A stretch of DNA of 63,843 nt, filler included, from Saprolegnia diclina VS20 (taxonomy: Eukaryota), in the NCBI RefSeq assembly GCF_000281045.1. It is 7 parts of 4 records of this genome, joined end to end, with 100 filler letters (N's around TTAATTAATTAA, not from the genome) between each part and the next. Parts side by side here need not be neighbours in the genome. Positions count along the whole stretch, not along the records: positions 1 to 25,701 come from NW_008246102.1; positions 25,802 to 28,792 come from NW_008246102.1; positions 28,893 to 54,365 come from NW_008246103.1; 4 more parts are not named here. The stretch is one strand, 5' to 3'. Below, piece by piece: positions 24,726 to 37,363 of the stretch. The first letter of the stretch is position 1. Each line of letters starts with the position of its first letter. A model generated the notes under the pieces. The model saw only the letters and a list, made by a program, of their open reading frames with translations. It had not been told where the DNA came from and did not search any database. The translations under genes were made by a program, and so were the position numbers.

Positions 24726-25107
24726 GGTCAATGATGGTGGATCCTTGGCGCATCCTTCCCTTCGTAGCGATGCGCCGGCGACGCGCCCGGGCCAAGGCAG
24801 CGATACGTTCCTCAACTCGGTCGTCGTGTAGGCTATCGCGTGCGAACACATGTAATATACTGGTCATCTTTATCGACATCCGCCCATGTTGTAGTTTCAG
24901 GGCACCATGTTATTGCATTAGGAAGATGTAATGCCCCAAAAACTAGCGTCGATGATGAATTCACTTTGCGATAACGAGTACGCGATGTTTTGCCTCGAGT
25001 TACGAGCATATCGTAGGCATGCACAAAAATGCACCTGGCATGCTTGTTGAAAAACACACTCGACACGGTTCGAAGCTGCACGATCAAAAAATGGAGTTAA
25101 CTTGATT

Positions 25108-25701
25108 TTAGTTGGAGAGCTTGCGCGCGAGCAAGTACATAAAGGGCAGCGAGATGGCCATGAGCACCCAGTTGATGATAAGTTGGTTCATGTACGACAC
25201 TTCGAGCACGTCAATGCGCCACGAAATCGCACCGCCCGCGCTCTGGAACGCCTTGTACAAACCCACAAAGCGCGCGAGCTCCATCGGGTCGTTGGACATG
25301 GCGCCAATCACCCAGTAGACGTAGTTTTGGTAAATGGCGTCAACGAGACCGTAGAGAAGGTAGACGATCATGGGGAACGCGGCGCGGCTGCTCTCGAGGA
25401 AATCAATGTTCTGCTTGGGGTCGTCGCGCAAAAAGTCCTTTTGCACGAGAACGCCGAGGGCCCAGACGACAAAGACGATGACCGTTGTGATGACGAGACC
25501 GACCTGCGCGCGCTTAGCCCGCGTCATGCTCGGCTTGTCCATGACGTAGTTGCCAAAGGCGTAGGCGCCAAACATCTGCATGCCCCAGTAAAGCGCGTTG
25601 TTGAGGCCGCGCGTCCGGAGCGAAAACATGTGCGCGTTCACCGCGTTGAACTGGTAGCCGTAGAAAAAGTTGGACGCAAACGAGGCGGGGATGAGGCAGA
25701 G
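25108..25701 (-). CDS. UNC-93-like MFS membrane protein, C-terminal part (5' end lost in gap)
   Basis: FASNFFYGYQFNAVNAHMFSLRTRGLNNALYW...YGLVDAIYQNYVYWVIGAMSND..LARFVGLYKAFQSAGGAISW. Confidence 0.8.
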   Translation of the reverse strand, partial: LCLIPASFASNFFYGYQFNAVNAHMFSLRTRGLNNALYWGMQMFGAYAFGNYVMDKPSMTRAKRAQVGLVITTVIVFVVWALGVLVQKDFLRDDPKQNIDFLESSRAAFPMIVYLLYGLVDAIYQNYVYWVIGAMSNDPMELARFVGLYKAFQSAGGAISWRIDVLEVSYMNQLIINWVLMAISLPFMYLLARKLSN

Positions 25702-25801
25702 NNNNNNNNNNNNNNNNNNNNNNNNNNNNNNNNNNNNNNNNNNNNTTAATTAATTAANNNNNNNNNNNNNNNNNNNNNNNNNNNNNNNNNNNNNNNNNNN
25801 N

Positions 25802-26310
25802 CTAACCACGAATATACGTGTTGTCCTTGGCGCGTGATCTGTACATGGCACACTGCGTCGCGACCAACCGTTTTGGCTCGTTCGGCGTGTCCTCGGTGCA
25901 AGGTGGCACTCGGCACGTGTTCCGTGAAAACTTGCGTTGGGCTCACACCACCAAGCGACTCGACTGGCGTCTGGTTAAGTAGGTTGGCTTGAACCAGCGG
26001 TACGAGATACGCCCACTGCGCAAGGTTCTGATGGTACTCGCGCAGCATGACCCGCAAAACTTGGAGAATAGCGCGGTTCAAACGCTCGACGGTACCGTTG
26101 CGCCACGGCGTGAATGTCAAAATAAAGTGGTGGTCGACCTTGTAGACTTAGGCCAGCGTTGCAACCACTTGGTTCTTGAAGTGACTGCCTTGGTCCGACA
26201 TGGTCATCCGAGCGCCAGGACTGAAGAGATGGCGAATGACCAACGGCTTGGACACGTCACTCGCTTGAACGTCACTCGGTTGAGCCAAGGTTTTGCTGTC
26301 GACGTCAAGT
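25802..26310 (-). mobile_element. Degenerate Ty3/gypsy integrase fragment
   Basis: SDQGSHFKNQVV...HHFILTFTPWRNGTVERLNRAILQVLR...W.YLVPLVQ..LN, containing an in-frame stop. Confidence 0.8.
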
Positions 26311-26453
26311 CTTGAACCACCTCGTTTCGGTGCGGAGGCGGCGGGTGTGTGGCTCGGCCTTTCAAAGCCCTTTGGCCACCCGAAGATGGAGCCGTAGACA
26401 CGAAAGACATTATTGTACAATGTAGAAAAGTGGTTAAATAGCATGTGCGCCCA

Positions 26454-27296
26454 CTAGCGCACAAACGTGTCGTTGCCTGTACTGCTCCGCGACACAAACG
26501 AGTCGAACGCCGTACCGTGGCTGTCGGACACGAAGGACGTGTCGGCCTGCGACTCGAGCGTACTTTCCCAGAGCTGGGGCCGGCGCGCCTCTTCCATGTA
26601 GCTATCGTTCTCGTTGTGGAAGCGCGGCGCGGTGTCGACGTCGGCGGCCGTCGGAGTCGTGCCGTCTGTGTACGTGTCAAAGACCGCCGCGCCCGCCGCG
26701 TGCGTCGGTGTCAACGGGTCGTCGCGCACCGTCGTCGAGCTACGCATGTGCCGGCGCTTGATAAAGCAGACGACGCCGCCGGCCAAAACGATCGCACCCG
26801 CAGCAATGATGCCAACGACGGGCCAGACGCCGAGCGCCGTCGACTCGGCTTCGCTCGGCGCTGGCGTGACGACGGGCGATTTGGTCGCTGTTCGCAGGGC
26901 GGTCGTTGTCGTGGGAGTTGGTGCTGCTGCAGAGGTACTCGGCGTTGGCGCATCCGTCGATGGCGACGCAGTTGGCGCCTGCGTGGCCGGGGCCGCTGTC
27001 TTGGGGGCGTTGGTCACGGGTGCGGCGGTGGGAGGCGCCTGAGTCGGTGGCGCTGTCGTCAACGGCGGCTGCGTGGGTGGAGCCGTCGTTGTCGGCGACG
27101 CTGTCGTCGTGGGCGCCGGCGTTGTCGTCGGCGGCGGTGTCGTCGTTGGCGCTGCTGTCGTCGTCGGTGGCGGCGTCACGGTGGTCGGCGTCACAACGGT
27201 CGTGATGGTGGGCGTGGTCTCGTTGCTTGCCGCAACGCCGCTGATGGCGAGGAGGAGGCAGGCGACCAAGGTGGTGGTGGCAGACCAACGTCGCAT
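26454..27296 (-). CDS. Type I membrane protein with signal peptide, Thr/Pro mucin-like stalk, TM and cytoplasmic tail
   Basis: Signal MRRWSATTTLVACLLLAISGVAA, PTTTP/PPTQ repeats, TM VWPVVGIIAAGAIVLAGGVVCFI followed by KRR. Confidence 0.85.
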   Translation of the reverse strand: MRRWSATTTLVACLLLAISGVAASNETTPTITTVVTPTTVTPPPTTTAAPTTTPPPTTTPAPTTTASPTTTAPPTQPPLTTAPPTQAPPTAAPVTNAPKTAAPATQAPTASPSTDAPTPSTSAAAPTPTTTTALRTATKSPVVTPAPSEAESTALGVWPVVGIIAAGAIVLAGGVVCFIKRRHMRSSTTVRDDPLTPTHAAGAAVFDTYTDGTTPTAADVDTAPRFHNENDSYMEEARRPQLWESTLESQADTSFVSDSHGTAFDSFVSRSSTGNDTFVR

Positions 27297-27310
27297 GCTG
27301 CTGGTCGGAG

Positions 27311-27326
27311 GCAAAAGTGAAAATGA
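27311..27326 (-). promoter_or_regulatory. Oomycete Inr/FPR core promoter element
   Basis: The minus strand reads TCATTTTCACTTTTGC about 15 nt upstream of the ATG. Confidence 0.6.
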
Positions 27327-28359
27327 CACGGCCGCTGACAGCAAACATTGCAACCTTGCAAAATTTCAACTCCATTCCACCTGTTACACGCCGTAAAATA
27401 GTAGTTATAACAACATTTCGGAGCCTTTCTCACTGTCAGTCGATGAAGCCGCATGTAGCCTGGCGACGTCCGACAGGATCGCTCGACCCTCCAAAGCAGG
27501 AGCGCAGGTATCGACCGTGCCTGTAGTTAGCTGGTTTTGCTGCAGGTTCGTGGTTGGGCGTCGCCCCGTCGGTGCTGAAGACGTTAGCACCGACGACCGA
27601 GATAGGAACGGCTTGTCGCAGCGCAATCACTGGACGGGTTGGCGCATTCTAAAGGTTTCAGACCAAGCGAATCTATCTAGCGTATACATCTAGGACTGCT
27701 TTCCAAGGTGCAAAATACTGCGCTGCGCCTTGGCGATGGCCCGTGTAACACTATCCTGAGATGTTATAACTGGACCAGCCTGTGACATGCTGCGCATTTG
27801 GGTATCCCGTTGAAATATTGGGATATAATTCCAACCAATCACATGCGAGTATCTATACCGTTGCAGCCAATCCACAGTGAACAGGATTGGCGCCAAATTG
27901 CACAGCACGGAGATCGGGTCTTGGTTGCTCACTGCGTCTTCGAGCTAAACACACGAGTACTCATGAGATAGTTTAGGAGTTACGACGTTTATCATGGCTA
28001 AAATTACAATCGAAGGGACGGGCCACGTGAGCGGGACGGCGTGGACACCTGTCCAACCAGAGTATCTTCCAGCCACCATATCACTGCATTCCAACTCGAG
28101 AAAAGGAAAGGGCTCTGACAACGCGTTCTGGCGCCGCTCTCTTCTTTGGGGCGAGTTGGAAGGCTACTTGGGGCCGGCGGTTGGGTGCAGCTATGTACCG
28201 TACTGTAGCCAACCGAAAGCACTGCGTCGACCCTACCACTATCGCTTTGCATATACACTGGAAGGTTGCAATGGTGCGTCGATATCGTATTGAGCCATCC
28301 ACGCTCCAGTGTGGCTCTTCCACGCAGCACAGATGGGTTGTCAATACAGTACGAGCGCT

Positions 28360-28698
28360 GTGCTACTATACTCCGAGATAGCAAGCGAGCAAGCAAGCAA
28401 ACTTCAACACGATCCAACGAGAGGCACGACAATAGGAGGCGGCTAGTCCTCAATAAACCAAGCGTGTTGGATACAAAGCGAATGCTGAAGTGAGCCTCTA
28501 GGACTCGGGCAGGGAGTGGCTGTAGTCCACTTCCCTACAATGAATTGGCTATAGAACATTTGGCATAAAGATTCTTCCAGGATCTTCAGCAGACAGGATC
28601 TACCTCTAGGCTTAGGATACAACCACCTAGGTTCCAGAACCTGAGCTGTGCGGGTGGGTTGTCATGCAGTCATTTAACTAGCACAGTATCCCAGATAC
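28360..28698 (+). repeat. Dispersed repeat copy A (inverted homolog at 58425-58810)
   Basis: ctccgagatagcaagcgagcaagcaag...tatcccagata is the reverse complement of 58425-58810, with substitutions and indels. Confidence 0.85.
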
Positions 28699-28910
28699 TA
28701 GTATACTAGTACCACAAACGCCCTTCTTCGGCCAAGCCCTTCGGTCATGAAGGGTGCAGACAAGTCTTTTGTCGATCGGCTTGGCACGGATGNNNNNNNN
28801 NNNNNNNNNNNNNNNNNNNNNNNNNNNNNNNNNNNNTTAATTAATTAANNNNNNNNNNNNNNNNNNNNNNNNNNNNNNNNNNNNNNNNNNNNTCAACGGC
28901 CCACTACAAG

Positions 28911-30810
28911 TCAACAGTGATAGACAGAGGCTCTGCGTGCAGATTTGCGGCGTCCCTGGCACTGGGTGATTTTTCTATGAATTATTTTAAATAAAATTGC
29001 ATTTTCGAAATGACGCTCTATGCGCGAAGCCACAGCGCTGCGACACCATCGACGGAGGCATGTTGATGATGCCGAACTTGGCGATGATCTTTTGCGTAAA
29101 CCGACGCTGCGAGAAAAGGAGACGCTTGCCGGAATCGTAGTCGATCTCAACACCGAGAAGGTGGCGGACGTCGCCAAGCTGCGTCATCTTGAATTTGGCG
29201 AGGAGCGCCTGAATTACCGGCTTCGAGTACTTGCCGTCGCCGAGGATGAGCAGATCGTCGACGTACACAGTGACGAAAACGACGTCGCGGAAGTACTTTC
29301 CTCCCTCAGGTTTCGTCTAGTGGCCGCGATCCTTCTCGTTGCGTTTGGAGCCGAGGCTCACAAGGAACTCATACAACATCGAGTTCCACTCGTGAGGCAC
29401 TTGACGCAGGCGTTAGATCGTAGGCACACCAAGCGTTGGACGTTCTTAGCGAAGCCTTCCGGCTGCTCCGTGTAGACGAGTCAACCCCTATTGAGCGCAG
29501 CGTTGAGAAACGCCGTGACGAAATCGTTCTGGCGCAGCTTCCGTCCACGAAGGTCGCGTGGAGCAGGATGGCGCGCAAGGTCTCGAAGCGGATGATCGGC
29601 GCGTACGTCTCGTCGAAGTCGAGGCCAAAGATTTGCTCGAGCTTGAACAACCGATGGCAGTTGAGCACCTTGCGTTCCACCTGGCGCGGAATCGGGCGCG
29701 GGGCGAAACGCGATGGCTTCCTTGAACGACTGCAGCACATCAATCTCCTTCTCGCCGTCGTCCGCAAGAAGCACGAACCGGTCCGGCATGGTGCACTCAT
29801 TCCAGCGCTCGTCCGGCAATCCGTACGGGGCCTGCACCGCGCGCACCTTGTCCATCAACACGTAGTTGAACTTCTCAACGAGCGCGACCTCTTGCGGCGT
29901 GAGCTGCTGCGTGATACAACTGGAGCAGAGCACAAAATCGTCAAATTGTGGAACATCTTGTCGTCGTCGCTCGACATGACCACGATCTTTTCGTTGTTCG
30001 CAATATGGAGCATCTTGACACACGTCGCAAGCGTCTTCGTCGCATTGCCCTCCCGAGCAATTGGCTTGACCCAGACGAAGTGCGAGCCTTATCGCGAAGG
30101 TAGCACGTGTGCTGTTCTCAAGACTCAATGCTCGAGACGAAGTCAATGTCGTCTTTCGAAGCGCGATCGTCGTACGTTCTGACTTCGTGTTGTATGACAT
30201 GCGCTTGTGCTTGACGAGAGTGCACGATTAGCACGCGGCAGACGACTTGAGGCCTTGCCGCGGGAGCCACATGCTGTTTGCTACACCACCCTTCGCCAAG
30301 GACTTCCACGCTCACATGCGCGAGACGGTTGAGCCAAAGACAGAGTTGGCTGTCTTGGAGCACACCTCGTGGCCCGCAAAGACAGGCTCGACCGGGCCAA
30401 CGTGCGAGCACACACGCATGGCGTAAAGCCCACGACGTAAATGAAAGGTGAGCTTCATCTCCGTGCTGCGCAACGCCCGACGTTGTTGACTCGTCGTGGT
30501 CGAGGACGTGGCCGTGGTGGTCACGGTGGTCAAGGGGCAACAGCAGTCGTGGTGCCAACAGTTCTCGGTGCTACAACTCTGCGTCGTGGCAATGGTGGCC
30601 GCGGACGCAGTCGTTGCGATCGTAATGGATGGACCAACGGCGCATGTGCAGTATATCGACGCTCCCGTGCTCTCGGCCGACGCTCGCGACGTGAATGCGC
30701 GGCCGTGACACAGGCAGCAAAATGCGCGTAGCCAGCCGGGTCCAGCGTTGGATCTGGCGCCACAAGCTCGCCAGAAACGAGCAGCCACAGCGACAATACA
30801 GTACGACAAG
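28911..30810 (-). mobile_element. Degenerate Ty1/copia retrotransposon (gag-like, integrase and RT remnants)
   Basis: Integrase-like TPQEVALVEKFNYVLMDKVRA...LPDERW; RT QIFGLDFDETYAPIIRFETLR, DFVTAFLNA, YTEQPEGF, YVDDLLI and FKMTQLGDVRHLLGVEI. Many frameshifts. Confidence 0.85.
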
Positions 30811-31659
30811 TATTCACCAGACGAACCTGAGCCGACTTGCCACGCATTTTAGGCGGCATCGCAGCTGGAAGAAGCTGGAAGAAGCCCCGGCACAATCGCG
30901 GGCGTCGGCGCTTGTTCTTGCACACAAGTACTGGTCCAACGGGCAATCGCGCGGGCTCTTTAACAAAGAGCTGACGCCACGACGACCGGGTGCCCCGGCG
31001 CCACACGAGACTCTAGCACTGGTCGTGGCACAGCTGCTTGCTCAAATACGGAAGCCACGATCGCTCGCGAACGCCCCGGAGCGCACACCGTCGCACCACC
31101 GTGCGTCGGAGCCAGCAGCTCTCCAGCTCATTCAAGCCTTCAAGGCCAATGCGGGCAATCGAAGCGAGTCGGTCAATGATCGCGAGCATGAACTCGTTGG
31201 ACTGCTACGCGACAGCGCAGCGCTGGCTTCGAAGACGAGACGCATCAACCGCACATTCTCCTGTATGGCGCATAAGCGCCCGTCACAGCGTGGCGACATG
31301 GCAGTTGTGCCGCTATCGTCCATGAGAGGCGACATGCCCTTGCGTCGACCGAGTCAAGAGCACATTCTTCTTGAGCGCCGCCGGCATGGGCGCAGGCAGG
31401 ACCGTGGCATCTTGGGCTTCGGCGGCGCGACGACCGTCTTTGGCTTGGGCAGCACGACTAGCGATTGGATGACCGGCGCTTTGGCCTTGGCCTGGTTCGT
31501 AGCCGGCCCGTCGTCGACGTCGTCCGTCCGTGCGGCGCCTTCTTGGACGTGGGAGCCGCGGCCGGCTCGGAGACGTTGTTCTTGTTCTGTTCTGTTACCG
31601 GCTTTGTTTTCTTCGTCGTTTGCGCCGTCAGGATAGCGAAAGCAGGCGGTTTCACGCGA

Positions 31660-32653
31660 GGTGGCACCACTGCGGTCTCGCGACCGACGCCTGGACCGCA
31701 CCCGTTTCCAGCCGGTCGATGATGTCGGTGACGTGCACCCGCATACGAAGGACTGGCAATTTCTCGACCATGTGCTCCGCGTGCGGCTCCGGCGTGCAAA
31801 AGATCCTCCGCGAGTTCAACCTCGCCGTGTCCTCACAGCTTGTCTTCGTCACAGACAATGGTTCCAACATATGGGAAGCCAAGGTCTGCCGTCGCAATAC
31901 ACGCGGCTCGCACGTCTCGACCACCGCCTCAGCACGGCCATTACCACTGTGCTCAACAAGACATGGTCCATGGGATCAAAAACACGGCGTACGCATACGT
32001 GACTCGCATCCCGGCGGTCTTCACCCTCATCGACGCGTGCAAGAATCTCGTCCGGCATGAAGCAAGCGCGCCATCAAGATCGTCTTACTACGACGCTCAT
32101 GCAAGAGAACTCGACGCGATGGAGATGACTGCTGCGCTGCCTCAAGAGCGTTCACATGAGCTTTGACGATGTCGCGTCAATTTGCCAGTCGCGTCGTCGA
32201 TCTGGACTCGCCGATTGCCACGGAGCTACTCGCGGAAGGTATCAAGCTGCCGAGCCCTTTCAGCAGTCGACTTTGCCCTCGGAAACGTTTCAGTTGCCGA
32301 CGCTGCCAAGGCGCTCTACTGGTACACAAAGCTCCGCTGGCATTTGAAGGCAACATCGACGACAGCGATGTCGTCGCCAGCATCTTGGCCGAGGTTCTCG
32401 AGGAGAAGATGCACCTCGACCTGTGGCACTACGTCGGCGCCTACGGCGATCGAAGACTTCGAGGTCTTTGCTTGGTGGAAGGCCCGCAACGATCTATCAG
32501 TGCTCAAGAAGGTCGCGCGCAGTGTGTTTACGATTCCAACTTCCAGCGCAGTTAAGCTTTTCCGAAAGCGGCAACACGGTGTCCAAGCAGCGCGACCGTC
32601 TCGCCTCGAGCATGGTAGACGACGTTTTGTTCTTCTGCTCGCTCAAGAAGTAG
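31660..32653 (+). mobile_element. Degenerate hAT DNA transposase
   Basis: LATDAWT, VFVTDNGSNI, ENSTRW, and the hAT dimerization region FAWWKARNDLSVLKKVARSVFTIPTSSA..SFSESGNTVSKQRDRL..MVDDVLF. Frameshifted. Confidence 0.85.
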
Positions 32654-32886
32654 ATAATTTGCATGAAGCCAAATTTGATTCTCGATCCCTCGACCTCGGA
32701 AGTGACAAGGGCAAGCATGCCTTCTAAGCCAAGTGACAGATACTAGTATTCGTCAACGTAGTGATTGCGCGTATGCCGCTGGTACACGAACAACCGCTAT
32801 GGTCCAACTCATTTCTCTCGGTTGATACTTCATGTATTCATGTCCTTGCCAATAATGCACTCAAGTAAATCCAAGTAGAATGTCGA

Positions 32887-33981
32887 TTAGCGAGTTACAG
32901 TGCTAGCCAAGCGGTCACACAGCTTACTGGTACAGTACCGGTGCACCTTGCGGGGCAATGCTGGCGGGCTGAGTACAGCGTCGTCGGACCATGAGGTGAG
33001 GTCGATAACGTCAGCTGGCGTTGTCGCCGTTTGCGTCGAGACGACGGCGGGCTTCTTCCGCTTGCGCGTCAATAAGGTTGGTTCTGCTTGCTGCGCGGGC
33101 GGAGGTGGTGATGGGCGCGGCGACGGCGCTTCACCATTGGCATCGTGCCAAGCTGTCCATAACGGGTACTTGATCTGGAAATGGCGCACGACGCTCTGTA
33201 GCACCTTCAATCTAGAGAAACATTAGTGACGCGGACGCCAATGGAGAATTTCAGTACCGCGCCGCCCAACGCGCTGCCTGACCGCGGGTGAGCGAGTTGG
33301 CCAAAACAATGGCGCCCGTGTCGCGACGTACGCTGCCCGTGTCCCCGAAGACGAAGTCGCGGAGCACTTCCTGGATGCTGCCGGGCTGGTCCGTCATTGC
33401 CTCACCAGCCATGGCGTCGACGATGCGCCGCACGATGCAGTTGACGTCGCGCTGATGATTGCGGCAGGCTTGTGCGTCACGCTTCCTAGACACAGAATTT
33501 GCCGAGTTGAGCGACAAGGAGAGCGACAATTGGTACGAAAAATGTGGCATCTGAAACCACAATTGCCGCAGTTTACGTACCGATCGTCTCTCTTGTCGAT
33601 CAACTCGTCAAATTCTGTGAGGGCTGTCACATCTTGGCCCTACGTGGCAGAGGACACGATGGCGTCATAAACGCGTCCTTCGGCGCGTGTATCCGTGGGC
33701 CGAACCTCCATCTCGAGGTGCGCGAGAACGGACTTGATGGTCTCGGCCGTCGGGGCGCCGGGTAGATAGCAGCACAAGAGGAACCCAGGGATGTCGACCA
33801 CTTTCGTCGCGCTTGAGAACAAGGTGTCCATGAGAAGGGGCTTGATCGCTGCCTCGTCAGCGTCGGCAACGGTCGACGCACTGTCGCGGGCGATGTCGAG
33901 GATGTCGCGCTCGATCGCGAACGCTAAGCGCTCTCGCTTGGTGTGCCGTCCGTCTCTCTCGAGCGATGGCAAGTCGCTCAT
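32887..33981 (-). pseudogene. Unknown nuclear-type gene with in-frame stop (probable pseudogene or TE accessory gene)
   Basis: Coding-like segments 33981-33643 and 33639-33540 share a frame across a TAG at 33640-33642. A CGNC..CH segment is followed by apparent introns and a tail with RKRKK and VIDLT. Confidence 0.4.
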
Positions 33982-34662
33982 CGCGCGACCTGAATCAATG
34001 GTATGGGTGTTGCACCAATTGGCTCTGGCGGCTCGGCCTCGTCGTCACTGCGCATCTTTTGTTATGCACCCATGCTTTGCACGCACAGGAGTGTGGGATC
34101 GTCTGGACTTGGTTGCGATGCAAGGTGCGGTTGACGACGGCGCTCGCTGCAGACTGCAACTTATCGCACTGCGCGCGACCGAGGCGATGGCAGCTGCAGC
34201 TCGAGTAGGATGGGACTCTGTTCAGCGCCAAGATTCCAGTCGTCTGGTCCGACCCTCAGGTTCGAGCCTTGGCGCTTCCTGGGGCTCCATGATGATCTTG
34301 CCGTCGGTCGTGTCACGAAAGGATGAATCACCCGTTACAACAGTCGATATCACTTATTCTGCGTTTTTCCAGCCATTCCGCAAGCGAAACCAACCGACGA
34401 GTGGCCGCGTCCTCAGAGGCGCGGCCGTCGGTCATTCAGGCCGCGGCAGAAGGAGGCTTCGTCAGTCGACGCCTTCGCCTGCTGCGAGCCGCGCCATCAG
34501 ATCAAGCGACGCTGAGCGATGAGGAACTCATCGCCACGCTGTACAAGACGACGTATCCGAGGAAGACGACGACATGCTCCAGCCAGCCAGCAACAAAAAC
34601 AACGGTCAGGGGGACCACAAGCAACATCAGATCCAACACAGAACCAACATGAGCACATAGCA

Positions 34663-34692
34663 AAGAGCACAGAGCACAGAGCACAGAGCACA
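34663..34692 (+). repeat. 7-bp tandem repeat (AGAGCAC)x4
   Basis: aagagcacagagcacagagcacagagcaca. Confidence 0.85.
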
Positions 34693-35357
34693 AATCAGCC
34701 AGCCGCCGCCGCCACCGCCAACGCCATTAGCCATCGACCTTCAGCAGCAAGATCCATATCATCGACCCCGAAACCCAAGACATCGACCCAAACAAAGAAA
34801 CCGAATCCATCGCGCCACGCCGCCAAAATGAAAACAAATGCATCCAGCCAACTGCCCAGCTCCACGCCTCCAGAACGAAAACACAAGTCAACAAGCCCAG
34901 CGCCAAAACGAAAACACTTTNNNNNNNNNNNNNNNNNNNNNNNNNNNNNNNNNNNNNNNNNNNNNNNNNNNNNNNNNNNNNNNNNNNNNNNNNNNNNNNN
35001 NNNNNNNNNNNNNNNNNNNNNNNNNNNNNNNNNNNNNNNNNNNNNNNNNNNNNNNNNNNNNNNNNNNNNNNNNNNNNNNNNNNNNNNNNNNNNNNNNNNN
35101 NNNNNNNNNNNNNNNNNNNNNNNNNNNNNNNNNNNNNNNNNNNNNNNNNNNNNNNNNNNNNNNNNNNNNNNNNNNNNNNNNNNNNNNNNNNNNNNNNNNN
35201 NNNNNNNNNNNNNNNNNNNNNNNNNNNNNNNNNNNNNNNNNNNNNNNNNNNNNNNNNNNNNNNNNNNNNNNNNNNNNNNNNNNNNNNNNNNNNNNNNNNN
35301 NNNAGGTCACGGTCATAATTGTTTGTGAAACGACTTCGAGCCATGTTGACGATTAGA

Positions 35358-37363
35358 TTATACAACCGTCGGTGTCGGGTCCTGCTTGGCATAGTCGGTG
35401 ACAGGATGCTCGGGCTCGGCCTCGGGCATGGCGAAAAACTCTTTGGGGCCGACCCAGAGGTTCTTGAGGAGACCGCGGCGCCACGTAATGAGGCAGAGCA
35501 CACCCAGCGTGCACGGCACGAGGTACAAGAGCGCGGGCTGCCCCGACTGCATGAGAATGACGCCGACGTTGGCAAGAAGAAGACCGATCGCATACCCAAT
35601 GCACATGACACCAAAGAGGCCGATGCGGCCGGGGTACGCGGCGGGCGTTGCTTTTTTTGTCGGGTGGCCGAGCACGTTGCCGCGCGTCGCATAGTCGTAC
35701 CGGGCCGTAAAGACGAGGAGAAGACCGGGCAGCACAATGTCACCGAGGCCGAGCATCGCTTGGCCACCGAGCCAGTTGGTCACCTTGGGGAGACGCAGCA
35801 AGATCGGAATCTCCTCCTTCACACAGCCGTACGTCGTGTCGCGGGGGTACCGGAGGCAAAAGGCACCCGGCGCTGTCTTGGCGTCTTGCTTGCCACCCTG
35901 CGCCGCGACGATCATGACGCTCTTGCCAAAGATGTAGGGCGAGATGAACACGAAAAAGATGTCGTAGAGGAAGACGAGCACGAGAAGCACGACCGCGACC
36001 TTGATGTTGGGAAGGCGGATCGTCTGCAAAAAGAGGGTGCAGACGCAAATGCCAAAGACGTCTTGGAGCACCCACGCCCACGACGCGTGGCGAGAGAGCA
36101 CCCAGAGAAGCACGAGGCTCAGCGAACACGCAAACGAGAGCAAGTCTGCGGCCGAGATGCAAATGTCGCCGAGCGCCTTGGTTTCAAAAATCCAGAGCGG
36201 CTTGCGCAGCGCCTTGACGCGCTCAAAGAGCGGTGAGAAGAGAATCGTGCTAATGGCCGAGTTGGCGCCAAAGCAGTACATGACGATGACGATCATGACC
36301 ACGTTAACGTAGAAGAGCAAGAGGAGAAACGCCGAGCCAAAGACGAGGAACCCAATCGCGTGCGTCCAGTTGATGTCCATGGCCGGCTCTTCTTCTTGCT
36401 CCTGGCGCAGCTGGGCGACGACAGTCGCCGTGACGTGACCGACGGGAGCCGTGCGCACGACCGCCTTCTTGCGCTCGAGCGACGACGCAAGGTACCCAGC
36501 CATGATGATCGTCGCGACTGCCATCGCCCATACAAGACCCTGCGCGAGGTCGACTTTGGGAATGAAGCGCTTGTAAATACTGACAGACGAGCCGTCCTTG
36601 ATCTTGGCCGCGTCCATGGCGCGCACACGCACAAGAGGGATCGTGACTTGGTTGTAGTTGACGCCGGCGCCCATGTAGTCGGTGACGTCCCACATGCAGC
36701 ACACTTGGTTGCCATTGCCCGTCGGAATGCAGCGGCCGGACGGGCAGTCACTGCTGCACGACGCGTCGTTGTTGGCGTCGCTCCACGGCGGGCTAGCTAG
36801 CGTTGCGAGCGTTGCTTGACCCTGCGAGCAGTCATAGGCGTCGGCCTTGTCCCAGACCGTGGCGTTCTCGCGCACGGTCGTGTTGTAGATCGACTCGACA
36901 GTGTCCGCGACGAGCACCGCGGTGGCGCCGAGCTTTTGCGCCGTGACCGCCTTGTCGGTGAACGTGCACAGACCGCGCTGGATCATCAGCGCAAACGGCT
37001 GGCTGCTTGCGGCGAACGTCGCCTACGAGGCGTTATCGTTAGCTTCTGGGCGGAGCACATTGCACGTACGAGGTGAGCCTTCAGCACCGACGAGTCGAGA
37101 AGAGCGCTGGTGTTGCAGCCAAAGACGTCTGGCACGCCAGCCACAGCAGACAACGAGACCACGGTCGTCTTGATGGCAGCGTCCTCGGTGGGCAGGTTGC
37201 CGCCCCATTGACCTGGGCCAAGCGGGTCGTACGAGTACGTGCCATAGAAGGCGTCGGAATCCGTTGTGACGACGGCTGTCTCAAGTTGGCCGGTATCGCC
37301 CGACTGGCCATGCGCGAGGCCGCAGAGAGCGAGGGCAGCGATGGCGGCGCGCGACAGGATCAT
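35358..37363 (-). CDS. Signal peptide peptidase-like aspartyl protease (A22B, SPPL2-type with PA domain)
   Basis: Signal peptide, PA domain IQRGLCTFTDKA..AQKLGA, and motifs FLYDIFFVF, MLGLGDIVLPG and GQPALLYLVP. Confidence 0.93.

Noticed and set aside
25702..25801. TTAATTAATTAA palindrome within N runs (also near 28837, 54409, 59013, 61502 and 62731)
   Set aside because: Artificial six-frame-stop scaffold linker, not biological.
34255..34275. GGTTCGAGCC T-loop-like motif
   Set aside because: No cloverleaf or A-box context, so not a tRNA.
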